Origin: Nannocystales bacterium
Lineage (GTDB): Bacteria; Myxococcota_A; Polyangia; Nannocystales; Nannocystaceae
Length of the DNA: 64,000 bases
Direction of reading: 5' to 3'
Assembly (NCBI GenBank): GCA_050633305.1
Contig: JBOEGF010000018.1
Location: forward strand, 320,001-384,000
Numbering within the stretch: the first letter of the stretch is position 1; each line of letters begins with the position of its first letter. This document shows positions 48,772 through 57,310 of the stretch, one piece after another. The notes under the pieces were generated by a model that was not told the origin of the DNA, did not search any database, and saw only the letters and a program-made list of their open reading frames with translations. Position numbers and translations under genes: made by a program.

Positions 48772-48824
48772 GACGACAGCATGGTAGAGCGCATCGCCAA
48801 ACGTCGCCACGGGGTCGTGTGGCC

Positions 48825-50735
48825 TCACTCGTCTTCGAACGCGTCGCGCCGATGGAGTGTGGCTCCGCCGTCCTCCTCATCGTCGATGTCGGCATCCCGC
48901 AGGGCGTCGAGCTTGGACAGGTCAAACCCCAGGTCGGCAGGCTCGGGCGCCGGTGCGGCCGGCGCAACGACGGGGGCGTCGGGTTGAGGTGGAAGTTCGA
49001 ATGGGATCTCACCCGTCAACGAGGCCAACTCTTCGCGGGACAGCATGCTGCTCGAGTCTTCGTCCAGGACATCGAAGGTGGCGGCGCGCAGCTTCTCGAG
49101 TGAGGCCTCGTCGAGTCCCTCCGACGGGGCAGCGTCGTCAGGCCCGGCCTCGAGCACGGCGTCGTCCCCCTGTGATGCCTCGACCCCTGCTCGCATGCGT
49201 GCGACGTCGTCGAGGCTGAGCATCCCGGTCCCTTCCTCGTCCTCGGACGGCGGAGCCCCAAACATCATGGCGCCGGCCGGCGCTGCGGCAACCCCGACCG
49301 GAAGGAAGGCGTCGGGGGCTTTGGGGCCGGCCTCCGGAGCGGGCGCGGGGGCCTTTGGCTCGGCGACGACCCCCTCGTCGGCAGGTCCTTCGCCGAGCGC
49401 GGTTGGAGCATCGGGCTCGACGAGGTTTTCGAACGCGTCTGCTTGGGCTGAGAACTTTGCGGCCTGGTCGCTGAGGCCTCGTTTTCGACACATCTCCGCC
49501 AACGAGCGGGCCGACTCTCCGGCCGAGGTCAGGGGCGCAACGGGTCCTGCTGCCTCGGCGAGTTTCACCGCCTTGGTATAGAAGGCGATCGCTTGGGCCT
49601 GCATGCCAAGCTCTGCGGCGAGCGACCCTGTGAGTCGGCCGCCTTCGATCGCCAACGCCGGCTGGCCCGACCGCTCCGCCGCGACGGTGCCTTCCGCGTA
49701 ACAGACCAGGGCGCCCTGTTTGTCGCGCCGGGTCAGCTTGCTCGCGCCCAACGAGAACTGGCCCGTGGCGACCTGGGAGTCCTTTCCTTGTTCTGCTGCC
49801 GTTTCCGTCGCGCGAGAAAAGGCCGCTTCGCTCTGCTTGGGGCTGCCTGCCGCGAGCAGCTGACCGCCCAGCATGAGCTCGAGGTTGATCGCGTCGCGGT
49901 GCAGCCCCGCTGCGGCACTGAGGTCGCGGGCTTCTCGGGTCGACTGCACGGACTCTGCGGCGCGGCCTTGCTTCATCGCGAGCGCGGAGGCGACGAGTTT
50001 TTGGGCGATGGCACCGCGGAGTTTCGAGTCGGCCGTCGGCTCGGCGGGCGGCGCCGTGCTGGGGTGCCGGGGCGGTGGAACCTCAGGTGCTGCTCCTGGT
50101 GGTGGGGCGCCGGGGACGAAGTCTTCCAGCATGGACTCCACATCTCGATCTTCGTCGGCGGAGTTGGGCGCGACCGTGACCTTGTCTGCCCGGTCGCGGA
50201 GCTGTTCGGCGATCGAAACGGTGGGAGCGGGTGGCGTTTCGATGATCACGAAACGCACCGACGCCAGCTTGGGGTCCATCAGAAGCGGTTGCACGCCAGC
50301 GTGCCAAGCCTCGACCGCGTCCAGTGTGGTGGGAGAGAGAACCACCACCATGCCGTGGGCGCCCTCGGGTTGGGCGTGGACGAGTTGCAGCAGCGCCGTT
50401 GCGAACTGGGCCTGGCCGTTGCCCGCCGCCACACCCTGCGGCAGTGTCTCTAGCGATTCGCCATGGGGCTCCATCAGCTCTGCGCGATGGGCATGTTGAG
50501 CTCGAGCATGTTCGGCGCGTTCGGACCACTGCGGGGCATGCCCGGTGTGCTCTTGCTCGAAGAGATAGAACGGCGCCGTGTTGGCCAGGTCGCGCTCGTA
50601 CGCCATCACCGCCTCGATGCACCCTTTACGCGTTTTTACGGCCGCGCTGACGTGCAGCAGCTTCGTAGCGGGGGTCCGCACGAATGCTGTCATCGCCTCG
50701 AGGAGGCGCTCGATGGGCGAGCCGAAGGACTCCAT
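48825..50735 (-). CDS. VgrG-associated hypothetical protein with TPR-like middle and acidic tail
   Basis: 636 aa, 4 bp downstream of vgrG; Ala-rich helical repeats. Confidence 0.75.
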   Translation of the reverse strand: MESFGSPIERLLEAMTAFVRTPATKLLHVSAAVKTRKGCIEAVMAYERDLANTAPFYLFEQEHTGHAPQWSERAEHARAQHAHRAELMEPHGESLETLPQGVAAGNGQAQFATALLQLVHAQPEGAHGMVVVLSPTTLDAVEAWHAGVQPLLMDPKLASVRFVIIETPPAPTVSIAEQLRDRADKVTVAPNSADEDRDVESMLEDFVPGAPPPGAAPEVPPPRHPSTAPPAEPTADSKLRGAIAQKLVASALAMKQGRAAESVQSTREARDLSAAAGLHRDAINLELMLGGQLLAAGSPKQSEAAFSRATETAAEQGKDSQVATGQFSLGASKLTRRDKQGALVCYAEGTVAAERSGQPALAIEGGRLTGSLAAELGMQAQAIAFYTKAVKLAEAAGPVAPLTSAGESARSLAEMCRKRGLSDQAAKFSAQADAFENLVEPDAPTALGEGPADEGVVAEPKAPAPAPEAGPKAPDAFLPVGVAAAPAGAMMFGAPPSEDEEGTGMLSLDDVARMRAGVEASQGDDAVLEAGPDDAAPSEGLDEASLEKLRAATFDVLDEDSSSMLSREELASLTGEIPFELPPQPDAPVVAPAAPAPEPADLGFDLSKLDALRDADIDDEEDGGATLHRRDAFEDE

Positions 50736-50739
50736 CGGC

Positions 50740-53148
50740 TCAGTTGATCTTCACGTTCGGGGCACCGATGTTGACCATCCCCATGCCCGCGACATCGACG
50801 ACCGCGCTGGAAAGCTTGGCTGCGGACGCACTGAGCTCGAGGGTGGACGCACCGGCCCCCAGTTTCACGTTCGCGCCGCTTCCGTCGATCCCCGTTGAGA
50901 CTTCGAGTTTGGCTCCGGCTGCCTGTGTGAGCACGGTACCGCCCTGGATTTTTACGTCGGACGTGAGGTCGACAGAGGCGCCCGTGGAGCTGTGGGTCAG
51001 GGCTGTCTGGGAGAGTACGAGACCACTGTAGGCGGCCGAGGTGAGGCTGACGTCCTGGTCCATCGTGATCGAAGAACCGACGATGGAGGTCATGCTCATC
51101 GAGCCCTTGTGGTCCATCTCGACGGCCATGCCCGCTCCTGCGGTCGCCAGCGCGAACCCTGCGTTGACGCTGAGCTGTGTGCCGCCGCCAGCCACCAGAG
51201 TGATGGCACCTGGCGTGAGGACGATGGAAGACCCCCCGCACTGAAGGGTGATCTGGTTTGGTGCGGTGATCGTGACGCTGTCGTCGGCCTCCTGCGTGAT
51301 GCAGCCGGTGACCGACAGGGAGTGGTTGGACGGGCCCGCGGTGGCCTCGGCGTCCGGCGGTGGAGGTGCGCCGACCTTGATCGTTTGGTGCCCGGTTACG
51401 CTCAGCGCCCGTTCTCCGCCGACACTGACGGTTTGCTTGGCGCCGACGCTGACCGACTGCGTCGCGCCGACGCGCTGGGCATGGGCGTTGCGGACGCGCT
51501 CGGTGTGGTTGCGTTGCGCGTGAAAGTAGACTTCCTCTTTGCCCGCGGCGTCCTCGAAGCGGAGCTCGTTGAAGCCGTCGCCGCCGGGTGAACTCTGAGT
51601 CTTGATGCCGCTTTGTGTCTTGTTGTCAGGAAGCGAATACGGAGGCGCATGACTTCCGCTGTAGACCGAACCGACACAAACGGGGCGGTCGGGGTCCCCA
51701 CCGAGGAAGCTTACGAGCACCTCCATGCCGATGCGTGGAATGAACTGGGTGCCAAAGCCTGCTCCGGCCCAGCTGTGCGCCACGCGAAGCCAGCAGCTGG
51801 TGTCGGTGTCGCGCTCGCGCTGTTCTCGGTCCCAGTGCATCCGCACCTGGACCCGGCCATGCTCGTCGGTGTGAATCTCTTCGCCGGAGGGGCCCACCAC
51901 GGTCGCGGTCTGAACGCCGAAGATCCTCGGCCGTGCGGACTCGGTCGGCGCGAACGTTTGCTCGAGGGACGCGCACACGAAGCGGTTGTCGTAGTTGCTG
52001 CCGCCTTGGCCGCCGAGTTGGACCTCGGGATTGTCGGCGGTGTGCGCGACGCGAATGCAGTAGTAGGGACCGTTGAGTTCGGTGTCAGGGTGTCCGTCGA
52101 GCTCGAAGGTGGCGCCCGGAGACATGCTCATGACGTTGGAGCTGCCATCAAAGAGGCTCGCCTCCAGCGCGATGAGATGGTGGGCTCGGCCCAGGCGGTC
52201 GGCGGTGTTGTCGAGGTGGGGCCCATCCCCGCCTGCGTCTTCCTGGAGCCGCCGGCCTCCGTGTTGATACGTCGAGCCAACTTGCCGTGGGGAGGCCAGC
52301 TCGGGTTCGACTGAGGCGTGCAGCTGGCCTGGCGCGGCCTGCTTCCAGTCCCATTGCTCGTGTTCGCCGTGTCCGGGATGCACCCGGTGTTGCCAAGTAA
52401 AGGATGCGATCGTCTCTTCGTCGGACAGCTCGCCGCGGTCGCCTCGGACAGGGACGTGTTGCGGCGGCGGAGCGCCATCGAGGCCTTCAACGGTACGCAG
52501 GACCGACCCAAAGCGGTCTTGGTCGTCAAACAGGACGACGCGCTCCATGGACTCGTCGGCCTCGAACGCGAGGGTCATCCCATCTTCGGCGAGGATCCGT
52601 CGAAGAAAAGCGAGGTCTGTCTCTTGGTACTGGACGCAGTAGTCGCGCGCGAGGGGCTCCTCCGCCAATCGGGTCACGTCGAGCTCTGCACCCCGGGTCG
52701 AGAGCAGCTCGCCCGCGACCTCTTCCATGATCTCGACGACGGTGGAGTCTTGGAAGATGCGACTGCGGCGGGTGTTGCTGAGCAACGCCAACGCGGGCAT
52801 GACCAGGAGGCGGGCGTGGTAGGCCTCGGAGAACGAGCCGATGTACTCCGTGGTGGCGACGACGCCGTGGAAAAAACGACCGTCGTTCTCTGCGGGGTTG
52901 GCTGCGTCCTCGCGCAGCATGTGTAGAGAAAAATCGGCTCCGGCCAACCTCGAGGGATCGAAGTGGGGGTGGTTGGTCATGACCTCGATGGCCATGCGCC
53001 ATGGTTGGCCCAACTCTTCGCGGAGGTCGACGTGGCGGACGCGAAGGAAGGTGCCGTCGAGCTCCAGCGGATCGGAGTAGGGACCCCACGCTGGCGCCAC
53101 GAGTGTGGCGTTGTACTGGATGAGCGGAAGCGCGGACGGCGAGGCCAT
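50740..53148 (-). CDS. vgrG: Type VI secretion spike VgrG/TssI with extended beta-strand C-terminus
   Basis: YCVQYQETDLAFLRR, QTATVVGP..IHTDEHGRV, PRIGMEVLVSFLGGDPDRP, NELRFED. Confidence 0.95.
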   Translation of the reverse strand: MASPSALPLIQYNATLVAPAWGPYSDPLELDGTFLRVRHVDLREELGQPWRMAIEVMTNHPHFDPSRLAGADFSLHMLREDAANPAENDGRFFHGVVATTEYIGSFSEAYHARLLVMPALALLSNTRRSRIFQDSTVVEIMEEVAGELLSTRGAELDVTRLAEEPLARDYCVQYQETDLAFLRRILAEDGMTLAFEADESMERVVLFDDQDRFGSVLRTVEGLDGAPPPQHVPVRGDRGELSDEETIASFTWQHRVHPGHGEHEQWDWKQAAPGQLHASVEPELASPRQVGSTYQHGGRRLQEDAGGDGPHLDNTADRLGRAHHLIALEASLFDGSSNVMSMSPGATFELDGHPDTELNGPYYCIRVAHTADNPEVQLGGQGGSNYDNRFVCASLEQTFAPTESARPRIFGVQTATVVGPSGEEIHTDEHGRVQVRMHWDREQRERDTDTSCWLRVAHSWAGAGFGTQFIPRIGMEVLVSFLGGDPDRPVCVGSVYSGSHAPPYSLPDNKTQSGIKTQSSPGGDGFNELRFEDAAGKEEVYFHAQRNHTERVRNAHAQRVGATQSVSVGAKQTVSVGGERALSVTGHQTIKVGAPPPPDAEATAGPSNHSLSVTGCITQEADDSVTITAPNQITLQCGGSSIVLTPGAITLVAGGGTQLSVNAGFALATAGAGMAVEMDHKGSMSMTSIVGSSITMDQDVSLTSAAYSGLVLSQTALTHSSTGASVDLTSDVKIQGGTVLTQAAGAKLEVSTGIDGSGANVKLGAGASTLELSASAAKLSSAVVDVAGMGMVNIGAPNVKIN

Positions 53149-53409
53149 GAGGAGCCCTCGGAGTGTAGCGAGTTTTCTTCGCTTACCCTTGTTCGTCGAC
53201 CTACCCTGTCCGCTGGGTCCGTATGGTTGCGCCGACCGCTCGAGAGGTGTGGGCCAGGCGCGCGGGCTGTTACAGCGGGACAGGCGGTCCCGTCAAGCCC
53301 TGCTGCGCATCCTCCGAAGCGTACCGCTACCTGTCCGACGCGGCCAGATCGGGAAAAAATGGTCGCGCGGCTAGGCTTCTCGTGTTGGTCGTGTCCACGC
53401 GCTCGGAAA

Positions 53410-53817
53410 ATGCGTATCCTCCTCGCCGTGAAGCTCGATCCGGACAAGCTCACCGACGCGCTCGTTGAAGCGTATGACCTGACCCCAGCGCAGCGGCAGG
53501 TCATCTACTTCACGTTGATGGGGCAGACGATGGCCCAGATCTCGACGCGGACGGGCAAGGCCATTCGTACGATCAAGCTGCACCGCACCGAGGCGTTCGC
53601 TCGGCTGTCGGTCGGTTCGACTGGCGAGCTGTGGGGACTCCTCTTCAAAATGGCGGGTCACGAACTCGAGCCGCTGTCGGATCACCCCGTGCGTTGGGAA
53701 GAGTTGTTCAAGACGTGCGGTGCGACGGTCGACATCGATCGCATCATGCGACTCACCGGTCGGCCTCGACGTGTCGTGATCAAGAAGCTCAAGGACTTCG
53801 GCTACGAAGTCGCCTAA
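53410..53817 (+). CDS. LuxR-type HTH regulator
   Basis: LTPAQRQVI..GQTMAQIS..TIKLHR..ARL; divergent from vgrG. Confidence 0.8.
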   Translation: MRILLAVKLDPDKLTDALVEAYDLTPAQRQVIYFTLMGQTMAQISTRTGKAIRTIKLHRTEAFARLSVGSTGELWGLLFKMAGHELEPLSDHPVRWEELFKTCGATVDIDRIMRLTGRPRRVVIKKLKDFGYEVA

Positions 53818-53841
53818 CCGCGAGCACTTCCTCTCGAGGTG

Positions 53842-53887
53842 AAAGCCTCACGAGCTCGAGACACGGTCTCTGCTTCGTGAGGCTTTT
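53842..53887. terminator. Bidirectional intrinsic terminator
   Basis: Perfect 12-bp stem aaagcctcacga/tcgtgaggcttt between convergent genes. Confidence 0.75.
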
Positions 53888-53907
53888 GTCGTTGTGGGCC
53901 CGAGGGG

Positions 53908-55476
53908 TCAGGCGCCGTGGCTGCGGCAGAGCTCGACGATGCTCCAGACCGTCGGGTCGCCCGACTCTTGGCCTTCGCGTTCACACTGCGCGTACTTGCC
54001 GAGCTTGTGGAGCGCGCGAACGCGATGGCGCTCGCGTTGAGTTTTCTTCGCCGACCAACAGGCCTTGCCCTTGGTGTGTTTCAAGACGGTTCGCCACTCC
54101 CCCAGGAGTGCAGCGTCGACGGTCTCCTGCCGGACGGCGGCGCAGTCCTTCGCAGGCTTCTTGGACGGCGGCGAGGAGGGCCTGGGTTTGCCCTTCTTCG
54201 CTCGCGGCGGACTGGGCGGTGTGCGGGGCTTCGGCTCGGGGCTCACCTCAGGATCGGCAGCGGCGTCGGGCTCTGGCTCTGCCTTGGGAGAGACGGCCGG
54301 CCCGGGCTCGGGCGTCGCTGCCGCCGCGCTCGCGTCTACCTCCTTCGATTCGGCGGCTGGGGGCTCCTCCTCGCCGTTTTCGGCAAGGACCACAGTTTGG
54401 TCTGCCTTCGGTGCCATGGCGTGGGGTCGCACCAGCCACCAGCCCGTCATGCTGCCGAGGACGATGACGGCGGCAGCCGCAACGCCCCAAAGTGCCGGTC
54501 GCAGGCTGGGTCCCTTCTTCGGCGCGGGCACGACATCGGTGCCGCCGCGTTGCGCGGTTTGCGGACGAAGGATGGGCGCGGAAACCATCGAGACGTCCAA
54601 GCCCAGGGTGGGGAGGATGGAGATCAGTCCTGCTTCGACCTCTCGGGCCGATTGAATGCGACGGGTGCTGTCGGTTTGAAGCATGCCTTCGAGCAGCGCA
54701 TGGAGCTCGGCAGGAATGGGCGGCAAACCTTCCAGACTCGCGCCGCGCAAACCCCAGCCGGCCTTGGGGGGCGCACGCCCGGTGAGCATCTCCAGCAGCA
54801 GTACACCCATCGCCCAGATGTCGACGGTCTCCGCGTCGGAGATGCCCGCGGCCTGTTCCGGGGACATGTACTGGGCTGTCCCAATCACGGTGCCCCCGGC
54901 GGTCAGGTCTTGTGATCGCCCCGTCTCCGCGAGATCGGCGGAGATCCCAAAGTCGAGGACCTTCGCGACTTCTCGCCCGGCGCTGGATTCGAGCATGATG
55001 TTGGAGGGCTTGATGTCGCGGTGCACGACATCCATCTGATGCGCCGCCGACAGGCCCGCGGCCACGTCGCGCATCAGAGACACCGCGCGAGCGACCTCCA
55101 TGGGCTCGTCGCGCCCGGCGAGTTGATCGAGTTCGTCGCGGAGGTCGTGCCCGCGGACGAGGTCCATCACGAGGTAGCGGCGTCCATCGGGAAGGCTGCC
55201 GACATCGTGCACGGAGACGATCTGCGGGCATCCGGAGAGGCGCCCCATGACGAGTGCCTCTCGGTCGAACCTCGCGACGAAGTCTGGTTGATGCACGTAG
55301 TCGGTGTGCAGCACCTTGATGGCAACGCGGGCGTTGGTGGTGCGGTGGTGCCCGAGGTAGATCGTCGCCATCCCACCGTCCCGGAGGACGCTGTCCAGGA
55401 CGTGCCGATCGACTCCGGTTCCCGGAGGCAGGCGCTCCGGCATCGTCGGGAGTACGGAGGTGACGATGTCAGGCAC
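53908..55476 (-). CDS. Ser/Thr protein kinase, single TM
   Basis: VAIK, HRDIKPSN, DFG, GTAQYMSPE. Confidence 0.93.
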   Translation of the reverse strand: MPDIVTSVLPTMPERLPPGTGVDRHVLDSVLRDGGMATIYLGHHRTTNARVAIKVLHTDYVHQPDFVARFDREALVMGRLSGCPQIVSVHDVGSLPDGRRYLVMDLVRGHDLRDELDQLAGRDEPMEVARAVSLMRDVAAGLSAAHQMDVVHRDIKPSNIMLESSAGREVAKVLDFGISADLAETGRSQDLTAGGTVIGTAQYMSPEQAAGISDAETVDIWAMGVLLLEMLTGRAPPKAGWGLRGASLEGLPPIPAELHALLEGMLQTDSTRRIQSAREVEAGLISILPTLGLDVSMVSAPILRPQTAQRGGTDVVPAPKKGPSLRPALWGVAAAAVIVLGSMTGWWLVRPHAMAPKADQTVVLAENGEEEPPAAESKEVDASAAAATPEPGPAVSPKAEPEPDAAADPEVSPEPKPRTPPSPPRAKKGKPRPSSPPSKKPAKDCAAVRQETVDAALLGEWRTVLKHTKGKACWSAKKTQRERHRVRALHKLGKYAQCEREGQESGDPTVWSIVELCRSHGA

Positions 55477-55479
55477 GGC

Positions 55480-57216
55480 TTACTCGGAGGCCCGGGGGGT
55501 GTCGCCGGAGTCGTCGAGGATGAAGTACGCCGCGGCTCCCGCTGCGGCGAGTGCGAGAACGAGACCGGCGACAAACATGGCCACGGTCTTGACCGGGTTG
55601 CGTTCCTGGACGACGAACCTCGTCATCGATGGCTCGTTCGCCATTGGAAGCTGAGCGGCCGGCGCTTGTCCTGGCGGCCGCCGGGCAACGGCTGGAGCAG
55701 GCGCGACGGGAGCGGCCGCTGCGACGGGGGCTCGCTGGGGCGAGGGGGCGCCGGGGCGAGCGTGGGCCGGACCGAACTGGCTTGGCGGCGCGATGAAGGC
55801 GGTGCCCTCTTCAGGCTCGGGCACAGGTGTGGAGCCGCCCGGGGCGTGTGGGTTGGGGAGGAACGCCGTCGGCTCTTGGACGTTGGCCTGCATCCCGCCG
55901 CTTCCGGTCTGCTCGGCGGGCAGGAAGGTCGTGGACCCGGCGCCTGCACCGGTCGCCTCTGCGGGCAGGCCACCGCCGTCCAGGAACATGGTCCGGGCGG
56001 GTGTGTTTGGTGCTGGGTGGGATGCGGCAGGCCCGGACGGGGCAGCCGCCGCAGGAGAGGGGACGGGCGCCGCGACGGGCGCGGGCATGACGGGCGCAGG
56101 CGCGGCAGGTGCCGGCATGGAAGGCGCAGGCGCAGGCGCAGCAGGTGCCGGCATGGAAGGCGCAGGCGCGGCAGGTGCCGGCATGGAAGCTGCGGGCATG
56201 GACGGGGCGGCGACAGGGGCCGGACTCGAGGGTCTTCCGGGACCGGGCCCTGGCCGGGCGGCGGAGGCCTGGCTGGGCTCGACTGCGGAGCGGGGACGAC
56301 TCGAGCCCAGCAAGCTTCCGACCACCTTGGAGAGCTCGACCCGACAGTCTCGATAGCCTCGGAACTGCTGAAGGAGCTCCAGTGCGGCCTCCGCCGACTG
56401 GGGGCGCGCTGCTGGATCTGGGCTGAGCAGCGCTTGTCGAAGTCGCTCGAGTTCAGGCGCGACCGGTCCGCGCAGCATCGGAGCGACGCCTCGGATGACT
56501 TGGGCATGAAGCTGCCGGTCGTCTTTGAAGTCTCCCCGAAACCGCTTGCCGTCGAGCAGCTCATGCAACAGCGTACCCACGCCGTAGAGATCCAGCGTCG
56601 GCGCTTTCGTCCGCGTGGTGAGCTGTTCGGGCGCCATGTACCGGAGCTTGCCCTTGACGTGCATGCCCGAGCTCTCCTCGATGACGGTGTGCGCGACGCC
56701 AAAATCGAGGAGCTTCACGTCTCCGGCTGTGGACACCAAAACGTTCTGCGGGGAGATGTCGCGGTGCACGATGCACAGGGGGACACCGCTGGGGTCGGTG
56801 AGCTGGTGCGCGTAGCCCAACGCGTGGAGGAGCTGACCGATGACGAACGAGACCATCGACGCACGCACGTCGGTGTTGTCGATGAGCTTGAGAGCCTCGC
56901 GAAGCCGCACCAAGTTGATGCCCTCGACCCACTCCATGACCATGTAGCTGACCCCACCGTCTTCGCCCTCGTCGAAGCACTGGACGATGTTGGAGTGACT
57001 CATGAGGCCACTGACCTCGGCTTCGGTCCGGAACATCCGGCTGTATCGAGCCTCGCCCGCGAGGTGGGGTAGGACCGCCTTGAGCGCGACGGGACGCCCG
57101 CGGCCGCCTTTGCGCGCGAGCCAAACCTGGGCCATCCCGCCTTTGCCCGCCGGGCGGATGAGCTGGTAGCCGCCAACGACGTCGCCCTCGGCGAACGCTG
57201 CTCGACTCCCGCTCAT
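55480..57216 (-). CDS. Ser/Thr protein kinase with Pro/Ala repeats and C-terminal TM
   Basis: GKGGMA, VALK, HRDISPQN, DFG, YMAPE. Confidence 0.93.
   Translation of the reverse strand: MSGSRAAFAEGDVVGGYQLIRPAGKGGMAQVWLARKGGRGRPVALKAVLPHLAGEARYSRMFRTEAEVSGLMSHSNIVQCFDEGEDGGVSYMVMEWVEGINLVRLREALKLIDNTDVRASMVSFVIGQLLHALGYAHQLTDPSGVPLCIVHRDISPQNVLVSTAGDVKLLDFGVAHTVIEESSGMHVKGKLRYMAPEQLTTRTKAPTLDLYGVGTLLHELLDGKRFRGDFKDDRQLHAQVIRGVAPMLRGPVAPELERLRQALLSPDPAARPQSAEAALELLQQFRGYRDCRVELSKVVGSLLGSSRPRSAVEPSQASAARPGPGPGRPSSPAPVAAPSMPAASMPAPAAPAPSMPAPAAPAPAPSMPAPAAPAPVMPAPVAAPVPSPAAAAPSGPAASHPAPNTPARTMFLDGGGLPAEATGAGAGSTTFLPAEQTGSGGMQANVQEPTAFLPNPHAPGGSTPVPEPEEGTAFIAPPSQFGPAHARPGAPSPQRAPVAAAAPVAPAPAVARRPPGQAPAAQLPMANEPSMTRFVVQERNPVKTVAMFVAGLVLALAAAGAAAYFILDDSGDTPRASE
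56093..56188. repeat. Coding tandem repeat (30/36/30 bp; SMPAPAAPAP)
   Basis: Three near-identical ggcgcaggcgcggcaggtgccggcatggaa units. Confidence 0.85.
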
Positions 57217-57310
57217 GCGGACACACGCTCCGGGCGAACAGATTCACGATGCGGTCGGCGAGAGGGCGTCATGCGCGGCTCGTCCATCGTGGCGCCGTCC
57301 GGCGCCAACG

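Noticed and set aside
55021..57072. Long antisense or off-frame ORFs (also 1407-2924, 23571-24890, 39536-40672)
   Set aside because: Shadow ORFs of high-GC coding genes that overlap motif-supported CDS.
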